Assembly (NCBI GenBank): GCA_964016885.1 | Contig: OZ024759.1 | Location: forward strand, 34,286,001-34,350,000 | Source of the DNA: Eledone cirrhosa | Taxonomy: Eukaryota | Direction: 5' to 3' | DNA: 64,000 nt | The notes under the pieces: generated by a model | The model's input: the letters and a program-made list of their open reading frames with translations, nothing else | What the model was told of the DNA's origin: nothing | The model's database searches: none | In this document: in pieces, positions 54,126 to 64,000 of the stretch | How the letters are laid out: every line of letters begins with the position of its first letter | Position numbering within the stretch: position 1 is the first letter of the stretch | Translations under genes and position numbers: made by a program

Positions 54126-54356
54126 ACATATTTGAATACATCACTGAGGTAATTTTAACTTTTACTGACTAGTTGTATTTCAATCCAGCTAAATACAAGT
54201 TAAAAGATAGCGCCCCCCCCCCCCTGCCATCTTTCTTCTTCCGCTTTGTACTTCCTGTCTTATCTAACAATTTTATTTCATTCGCTTTAATTCAATTATT
54301 CATTACAAACCTTTATTTTCATTCTTCAATATATATAAATATGCACATATATACAC

Positions 54357-54397
<41 letters not shown>

Positions 54398-54429
54398 AAG
54401 AGAAATTTATATATATATAAAAATACACA

Positions 54430-54488
<59 letters not shown>

Positions 54489-54490
<2 letters not shown>

Positions 54491-54564
54491 CGAAGGAAAT
54501 GTGGTAAGGAACCAGGTGGACCATAACGCACCAAAGTACTCAATACTTAGGGTAGTAGAGTGGG

Positions 54565-54568
<4 letters not shown>
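54489..54568 (-). mobile_element. Family A tail-only copy
   Basis: Same as 47421-47500, (TA)n on both sides. Confidence 0.8.
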
Positions 54569-54606
<38 letters not shown>

Positions 54607-54608
<2 letters not shown>

Positions 54609-55004
54609 TGGCTGCCAACTCGTTTTCAAGTACGGCCACTACTTTATATCCATGTAGGAGAACCCCTGCCGATGCGCTGAACGAGTGTGACTTTTTAATC
54701 CAGCCAGCGACTTGAAAACTCTGGTACAAACACTACACTTGTGACAATCATTGACACATAGTGCTGGGCCCATGGTACCATGTGAGGACAAGTGCAGAGA
54801 GATCTCCAGATATAAAGCAATGTCTGTGCCGTGAAGCTTTTATAGTGAGCAAAGGCACTGCACAAAGCCAGTCCCACTCTCTTAACCAAGATGATATTTA
54901 CCAAAAAGAAGAACAAGTCAACATCATTGGATACCATCAGGGTTGCAGGTGCTATATCAGAGTTTTCCTTCTCCTAGAATTCTGCCTTTGCAAAGGCTAA
55001 GGGG

Positions 55005-55005
<1 letters not shown>
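54607..55005 (-). mobile_element. RTE-derived non-autonomous element, 5'-truncated
   Basis: High identity to 11068-11462; flanked by (TA)n. Confidence 0.85.
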
Positions 55006-55045
<40 letters not shown>

Positions 55046-55357
55046 CATATTAGAAAGTGAGGGTTTTTTTACAAGATAGAGAGAGGTATTAACTGTTAAG
55101 CTAATAGTTCCTGACACTAAAATAATAGTAAATTGGATCACAGTATGAGGGAATATTAATCATAACAGCTTTTAGTACACTAGTATGACATATATGCCGT
55201 CTATTAGATTTTACACACGTTCACCACACACACACACACATATATATACATATATATATATGTGTGTGTGTGTGTCTGTGTGTGTGTGTGTACGTGTGTG
55301 TGTGTGTGTGTTTGTGTGTGTATGTATGGTGACCGTGCGTAACATAGACAGACACAT

Positions 55358-55438
<81 letters not shown>

Positions 55439-55862
55439 CATATATATACACACATAAAAAAATAAAAAATATATATTAAAAATATATATTAAAAATATAT
55501 ATATATATAATATATAGTGTAGATGAACTTTTTCATATTACATGAGGAGTGCATTATTTGTTTCCTATGTTTTAAAGAATGTGATACTTGTTAAACATAG
55601 AGGCTGAATATAGTTCTAGATTAGTTTCACCTAATCTGTGTACGTATGTTCAATTTCCATTTATAATTTAATATTAGAAAATACTCTATAACTATACGCC
55701 ATTTTGTTATGTAGGAATTCTACAGAATTTTATATAGAATTATAGTGTTATCAACTAATACCAGCTCATCTGGTTTTGTTTCACAGTTATGTATAGGCAC
55801 ACACACACACATAAACGCACACACATTTATATATATATATATAGAGAGAGAGAGATAGATAG

Positions 55863-55914
<52 letters not shown>

Positions 55915-56001
55915 ATTTATATATATATATATTTATATATATATTTATATATATACATATATATATATATATATTTATATATATACATATATATATATAT
56001 T

Positions 56002-56032
<31 letters not shown>

Positions 56033-56115
56033 TTATATATACATATATATATATATATTTATATATACATATATATATACGTATATATACATATATATAC
56101 ATATGTAAACATTAT

Positions 56116-56172
<57 letters not shown>

Positions 56173-56322
56173 GTATATATACATATGTAAACATAATTAT
56201 GTGTATATATATACTTATTTTTCTTCATGTATGGTGACAGTGTACGACACTTATTTCATCAGAACGAACAAAAATCTTGCAAAAATGTCTTCCAGCATAT
56301 ATATTTACACACACACACACGC

Positions 56323-56437
<115 letters not shown>

Positions 56438-56747
56438 TATAGATATATATATATATCCGATAATAAATTGCAGAAAGATAGATAGATATCGTAATTGTAA
56501 CAAGACATACATTTTTATGTTTTATATTTTGAAATATACATCGTTATGTTTTGAAATGTATAATACGTTATAATATATATATATATATATATACATGGTT
56601 TTTATATATATATATATATAGATATATATATATGGTATATACGGGTACATATATATGTATATATATATATACACATATGTATATACATATACTCACCCAC
56701 ACTTTGTCTTTCTCTCTCTCTCTCTCACTCTTGCTCTCTCTCTTTCC

Positions 56748-56779
<32 letters not shown>

Positions 56780-56782
56780 CTC

Positions 56783-56829
<47 letters not shown>

Positions 56830-57369
56830 CCCAGCAATGGGTCGACGTTAATATGAATAACAGAAATTTCAAAGAAAGCGTGAAAAAAAATTGTCTTTCT
56901 TCTGTATCAATTCTCACAACACCACCCCTTCTCCCACCACACCCACAAAGATCTCTCTCCCCCTCTCTATATATATATCTATATCTATCTATCTCTCACT
57001 ACCTCCCCCACCTCTCTCACACTCTCTTTCTCTCTCTCTCTGTTCTCCCAACTTCCTTAAAAATATTGATATGCTATTTGAATTTAAATTCGATCAAGAT
57101 ATATAAAAAAACTACTAAAATACTAAAATACCAATCAACAAACACACCAAACAGGATATATTCCAGGTCTGATTTTCTTAAAACATTTCAACATTTCTGC
57201 TTCATATGAAATATTACAAGACAAGGTCTTGTTAGCCTGGCTACATACTAACACATCCTTTTACATAACTCAAAACAATGGCCGCCATTTTATTTCTTAA
57301 TTAATTGAGGAAGAGAGTTCCTTTAATTAAGCCAATTCTTTTAATCCGTTCTTCTTTAACAGAGAATTG

Positions 57370-58207
57370 CACATACACACACATACACACACATAGCCAT
57401 ATATACACACACATACACATACACACACATAGCCATATATACACACACATACACACATATAGCCATATATACACACACACATACACATACACACACATAT
57501 CCATATAGACACACAGATACACACACACAGATACACACACACACATAGCCATATATACACACACATACACATACACACACATAGCCATATATACACACAT
57601 ACACACACATAGCCATATATACACACATACATACACATACACACACATTATCATATATACACACACATACACACACACACACACACACAGCCATATATAC
57701 ACGCACATACACATACACACACATAGCCATATATACACACATACACACACATATACACACAGACAATACGTGTATGCACAATCATACACACATATACATA
57801 CACGCATGCAAATAAAACAAACACACACAAACATACACAAACATTTATTAGAATATATATGTATGCAAATATATGAGCATTATTTCCACATACACACACA
57901 CACACACAGCACACATACATACACACACACACATACGTGCATGAACATGCCTTCACACGCATATGCATACACGAACACACACACACTTGTAAATAAAACA
58001 CACACACATACACACACATTCACACACTTGCAAATAAAACAAACACACAAAAACATTTATTACAATATATATATACGCACATATATGGGCACATTCTCAC
58101 ACACACACACACACACACCAAAGAAAACACACACTCACACACACACACATTCAGACACTTGTTAGAATATATACACACATATATGAGCGCATTCTCATAG
58201 AGACAGT

Positions 58208-58248
<41 letters not shown>

Positions 58249-58740
58249 GAATATATATGCGCATATACATGAGCACACCTTCACAGACACATGCACACAT
58301 CCCCATACACACATACACACACAAACAAAGCACACATACACTTATGAATATATATATACGCATATATATTAGCACATCCTCACAGACACACATACACATA
58401 CATATACACACATACACACACATACACAAACAAACAAAGCACTCAGACACACACTTATGAATATATATATACGCATATATATGAGCACCCCCTCACAGAC
58501 ACACGCACACATACACACACATACAAACATACACACACAAAGTACACACACATTCACTTATGAATATATATATACGCATATACAATATGGGAACATCCTC
58601 ACAGACAAACGCACACACACTCATACACACACACACTCATACACACATATACACACAAACACATAGACACACACTTATACACACATGTACACAGACACAC
58701 ACACTTATACACACATGTACACACACAAACACACACACAT
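57370..58740. repeat. Compound (CA)n-rich tract with CATAGCCATATATACAC and longer degenerate units
   Basis: Direct reading. Confidence 0.9.
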
Positions 58741-58789
58741 GTTTACAAATGCTGACCTAGTTGAATTTGCTAGTATGAAATTGTTTCAT

Positions 58790-58976
58790 TGATTGGCAGT
58801 ATCGGTAGAGGGTCGGACGCCATGCTTTGCAGCAAAGAGTTACGGCCCTTTATTGTCTGAGTTCAAATCCCGCCGAGGTTAACTTTGCCTTTCATCCTTA
58901 CGGGGTCGATAAAATAAAGTACCAGTAATACACTGAGATAATTGCTGGCCTTGTGCCTAAAGTAAAAACAATTATT
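58790..58976 (+). mobile_element. tRNA-derived SINE
   Basis: Near-consensus full copy. Confidence 0.92.
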
Positions 58977-60340
58977 TCATTAAAAGGTGTCGATGTTGCT
59001 GTTGTTGTTACTGTTGTTGTTGTTGATGCTACTGTTGTTGTTGTTATTGATGTTGTTGTTACTGTTGTTGTTGATGTTGTTGTTACTGTTGTTGTCGATG
59101 CTACTGTTGCTGTTACTGTTGTTGTTTTGACATTTTATTCTTGTTGAAGTTACCGGCGTATTATGCCTGTTGTTGTTGTTGGTGTCGTCATCCTCCTTCT
59201 CCTTCTCCTTCTTCTTCTCCTTCTTCCTCTTCTTATCGTTCTGTTGTTGCTGTTGTTGTTTCTGGAACTCTATTGGATTCACTGTTGCAAAAGTAATTAG
59301 GTCAATATGTGTGTGTAACAATATTTTGTGTTAGTGGATGTGTGTGTATGTATATTAGATGGTGTATATATATATATATATACAGCCTCTAATATATATA
59401 TATATTAGAGGCTGTATATATATTTATATATATATATATACAGCCTCTAATATATATATATATATTAGAGGAAGTGTCTGTATATATCAGAGACTGTGTA
59501 TATTTGTCTGTGGATGTCTGAGAGAGAGAGAGAATGAGTCAGAGATAGAAAGTGGGAGATGGAGGGAGATAGAGAGAATGAGAGAGAGAGAGAGAGGAGG
59601 GAGAAGGTGAAAAAGAGAGAGAGTGAGAGGAGAGAGAGAGGGGGGTAGATCGTGTGATTGTACGCGTGTGGTTCTTTGTTAAAGAATGGATTATGAGAAT
59701 TGGCTTCGTTAATAATTGCTGTCGTGTATGGAAGATTATCAGCATCGTAGTCAGAGAAAGTGAGGGAAAGAAGAAGAAGAAGAAATGGGTTCAGAAGCAG
59801 AATAAAAGGGGGAAATTGGGGAGAGACAGTCAAAGGATAAACAGAGACAGATAGATGGATAGAGAGAGAGATGGAAGTAGAGAGATAGATGAGATAGATG
59901 GACAGATAAATAGATATATGGATAGATAGAAAGTTATATAGCTGGACAGATAGATAGGTAGGTAGATAGATAGATAGATATATTTCTTTATTTGCCACAA
60001 TGGCGCACAAGATAAGGGGACAGACAATACAAAGACATAATAGATAGATACATATATAGGTATGTAGGTAGGTAGGTAGGTAGGTAGATATACAGACAAA
60101 CAGAAGCAGATTTGACAGTGGCTATACTGGAGAAACGTCTTCTAGAGATGATAGTCGTTCATATTGCTTTTATTTGTTGCCAAGATTCCTACATGTTATC
60201 AATCTCTGTTTACAAACCGTCAAAGACAGAGATACTCGGTGGAGCGAGAATATACGTATTTGTCAAGCGATGTACAAGACTACATAACTATACATACTTT
60301 TATACTGAAAGGCACCGAACGTCAACATCTATATGAAATT

Positions 60341-60635
60341 GGTGGAATGGCAGTATCGGTAGAAGGTCGGACGCCATGTTTTGCAGCAAAGAGTTACGGC
60401 CGTTTACGGTCTGAGTTTAAAATCCCGCCGAGGTTAACTTTACCTTTCATCCTTACGGGGTCGATAAAATAAAGTACCAGTAATACACTGGGATAATTGC
60501 TGGCCTTGTGCCAAAAGTAGAAACAATTATTATATCTTATTTGAAACTTGGAAGGCGGGCTGCAAGTAATCGGTAGAGCGTCGAACAACATGATTTGTGG
60601 CATAGAGTGTCATCCCATTACGTTCTGATTTCAAA
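60341..60635 (+). mobile_element. tRNA-derived SINE followed by a SINE head fragment
   Basis: Full copy 60341-60532; head 60553-60635. Confidence 0.88.
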
Positions 60636-61251
60636 CGACTAATTCTGGTTTTGAAAAAAAAATACGTAGACATCCTAGAAGAATGTCTGATTATCCAGCA
60701 ACCACACCCACCCTCACACACACAGTTTTTCCACCCAGCCCCCGCTTATTCCAACCCCACCGCTTAAACAAACCCCTCACTTATTCTAACTCCCTTTCCA
60801 ATTATTTAGGACCAGAGAGTACATATGTATAATAGAGTATTGAGCGACCACTTGCGAAGTAATTTCGAGAACAAGCTGTACCCCTTGTAAGATATAACTG
60901 GAAGTCCCATCGCCGCAACCGACGGGAATTCAAGAACAACCACAATAACAACAACAACTACAGCAACAAGTTTAAGTGTATATTTATCACTGATTCATTA
61001 GAATGCATTAAATATGTAAATACAGTACAAATGAAAGAGGTGACATAGTCCAGGTTATACGAACTTCGTGGCTGGCAATAAGAAATATTTGGTTAGCGAA
61101 AGATTAAAATTTACCATTTTCATTAAACAGTCAACATTCTGATTAGAAATATATGAAATAGATGGTTCGTGGTATCCTCTACATACATATATATATTCAA
61201 TATATACACATTTTCATCAAAGGCACACAAACACACAGACACACATATATA

Positions 61252-61304
<53 letters not shown>

Positions 61305-61360
61305 CTGTGGGTGTGTGTATAAATATGTTATGCATTCGTATGTTTATATACATATATATG

Positions 61361-61425
<65 letters not shown>

Positions 61426-61516
61426 TTATACACACACACACAGAAATATTTCCCCATGAACCTCCCAGGAATAAATGAACGAAGTAGAAGATATTTAAAT
61501 GTGCATTTATATATAG

Positions 61517-61561
<45 letters not shown>

Positions 61562-61879
61562 AGTGTGTGTGTGTGTGAGAGAGAGAGAGGGGGGTGTGTA
61601 TCTGTATGCGCGTTATGTATATAAACGAAACTACCTAATTTATCAAAATGAATATATGAATAAATATGTCAATAATTATGAATATAAAATGGCTGCCTTC
61701 GTCACTTAAATGATTTGCAGAAAACTTCCTTTCCGTTCAGTTCTAAAAGATTTGCTCTGCTATATACCCCATTAATAATAGGGTACTCGTTATCTTGCAG
61801 TTTCCAATCCCATACTTAACAGAATTTAATATCACACTACGATCTTATGTATGTATATATATATATGTATATATATATG

Positions 61880-61917
<38 letters not shown>

Positions 61918-62069
61918 CATATGTATGTATATGTATGTATTTATTTGTCTATTAAACATATATACATTTATTTATTTATATATACCTGATATATATATAT
62001 ATATGTATAAACATTTATATCTATTTATTTGTATATATATATGAGTTATATATATATGTGTATAGAAAG

Positions 62070-62225
62070 TAGGTGTTTTAAACAACATCATGTCAAAAGT
62101 ATTCAAACATTTCTTGGATGAGTTCGGACTACTTCAAAGTAATGATGTAAATTTTATAATTTTATTTACTCTGACAGAAACGTGTCTTGTGTTGAAGTTG
62201 AGCTTGGAAGCAGTATATGGGTGCC
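62070..62225 (+). mobile_element. Possible Penelope-like GIY-YIG endonuclease C-terminal remnant
   Basis: SKVFKHFLDEFG...NFIILF...LKLSLEAVY resembles S.v.kH......nF.IL.......lEa..I; a fold-back/tail element follows at 62313-62420. Confidence 0.4.
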
Positions 62226-62312
62226 TAATGTATTCATATAGATATGCATATAGATATAGATATATAAATGTGTGTGTGTGCGCGGGCGCGTGTTTGTGTG
62301 TGTGTCTGTGCA

Positions 62313-62415
62313 TAGTTCGTTCGACAACAAATTAGCAAAACATATCCGAATATGTTTTGTTAATTTCTTGTGGAACTATCTCTATACCGAACTCGTACTG
62401 AGTGCTCTACTAACT

Positions 62416-62420
<5 letters not shown>
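62313..62420 (+). mobile_element. (TA)n-tailed fold-back element
   Basis: CAAATTAGCAAAACATAT-CCGA-ATATGTTTTGTTAATTTC inverted repeat, tail GAACTCGTACTGAGTGCTCTAC similar to the 18083 element. Confidence 0.65.
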
Positions 62421-62500
<80 letters not shown>

Positions 62501-62832
62501 GAGACAGAGAGATGTAAGTAAAACAGGGATGAAATATATTATATAAATGACTAACCTTTTGGTTATATAGAAGCTTTATGTGATAATGTTCCAAGTAATT
62601 CGATGATTATTTACATATTTTTGTTTATTTTTGCAGGTGTCAGCTTTGTTTAAAACCTTTTCAAAAATATTTTCGTTGCAGTCATTCGAAAAATGGTTTT
62701 CGATTATGTTTATCTCACAGAAAACTTCTAAATTACCAAAAGGTCAGTCTTGCATTTTCCAAACTTTATTATCCCGGCAACATGTGATTTGTAAACAAAC
62801 CCCTAACGTTTTAATTTTTTTCACAACATATA

Positions 62833-62871
<39 letters not shown>

Positions 62872-62960
62872 CATGCATACATACATTTATATACATACAT
62901 ATATTGATAAAACATTTCTATGCATCTATTATATATATATTATATTATACATGCATACAA

Positions 62961-63005
<45 letters not shown>

Positions 63006-63814
63006 CGAGAGACGGGGAGGGGGGTAAAGGCAGGTGGGTCTGATAAACATAAAGCTTATAATATGGAAAGCTTATAACATGTATTAGAACTAACCGGACG
63101 ACATTTTGTAACGCTTTGAGATAACAAATAAATAAGCGCTCTGCTTTTATATGCTATCAAATGTGGCAGTTAAAAAACTGCCATGTGTGTCTATTGGGCC
63201 CTGTGTAAAAATAAAGTGTTATATGGACGTTTAAGTTGACGTGAAAGAAATCGTACAAAGGGTTAGAGTAATTTTTAACATTAAGAGAAGCAAATATTCT
63301 AACCAGTTCACATTTGAAAATGTTTCGTTCCGATAGATTTCTATAAGATTTCTTCTATAAGATTTCTAAAAGAAAAATCGTGATAAATAGGGATATGTGT
63401 CATTGATTTATCAGATAATTCAGACTGAATACTCTGCGCATTCTTAATCTTTGACATTTCAAAGTAAGGACAAAGACGGTGAGTGGGGGTGTGAGGCAAA
63501 GGAAGGAAAAGGAAAGAAAACAAAACAAAATGAAAGAATATCGAAGAATATATTTAAAAAAAAACGCATTAAAATACTGAAGGAAATTAAGAAAGAAAGA
63601 AAGAATGTAGGAAAGAAAAGATCTAAAAATGGGGAAATGTGAGGAATAAAAGAAATGAGAAGAACGATAGAACAATGGCGAGAAAGAAACGACGAAAAAA
63701 TAAAAATAAAAAGGTTAGAATGAAGAAAACTAAATAAATTAAACATGGATAAAAACTAAAAAGTACTGAAGGAGAAACCGAAAGAAAAACAGGCAGACAG
63801 ATAGATAGATATAT

Positions 63815-64000
63815 AGATATGTAGATACATATATACGTACATATTATACATACTTACATATGTACATACATATATACATACACATATACATACGTACATA
63901 CATATATACATACGTACATACATACGTACGTACATACATACATACATACATACATACATACATACATACATACATACATACATACATACATACATACATA
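63815..64000. repeat. (CATA)n microsatellite
   Basis: Direct reading. Confidence 0.95.

Overview
Eukaryotic, very AT-rich, microsatellite-saturated genomic DNA ((TA)n, (CA)n, (GA)n, (CATA)n, (GATA)n, CAA/CAT/GTT triplets) with one 200-N assembly gap. The dominant tRNA-headed SINE (core GAGGTTAACTTTGCCTTTCATCCTTACGGGGTCGATAAAATAAAGTACCAG) and the microsatellite load point to an octopod cephalopod (inference from recall, not a search). No intact host gene can be supported; nearly all listed ORFs are microsatellite translations. Recognisable content: >15 SINE copies, decayed LINE fragments (RTE, R4/Dong-like, CR1-like, Vingi/Ingi-like), a bipartite RTE-derived non-autonomous family, a 4.5-kb 65-bp satellite, and 38-bp and 37-bp minisatellites. 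The most interesting signal is a set of about 15 short elements from several sequence-unrelated families, all embedded in (TA)n. They share one architecture: an inverted (fold-back) duplication, hammerhead-ribozyme-like cores (one apparently canonical at 53615-53683), a conserved ACTC-loop-GAGTRC hairpin and a short tail running into (TA)n. This fits termini of (TA)n-targeting Penelope-like retroelements. The 65-bp satellite appears to have been amplified from one such dispersed element.
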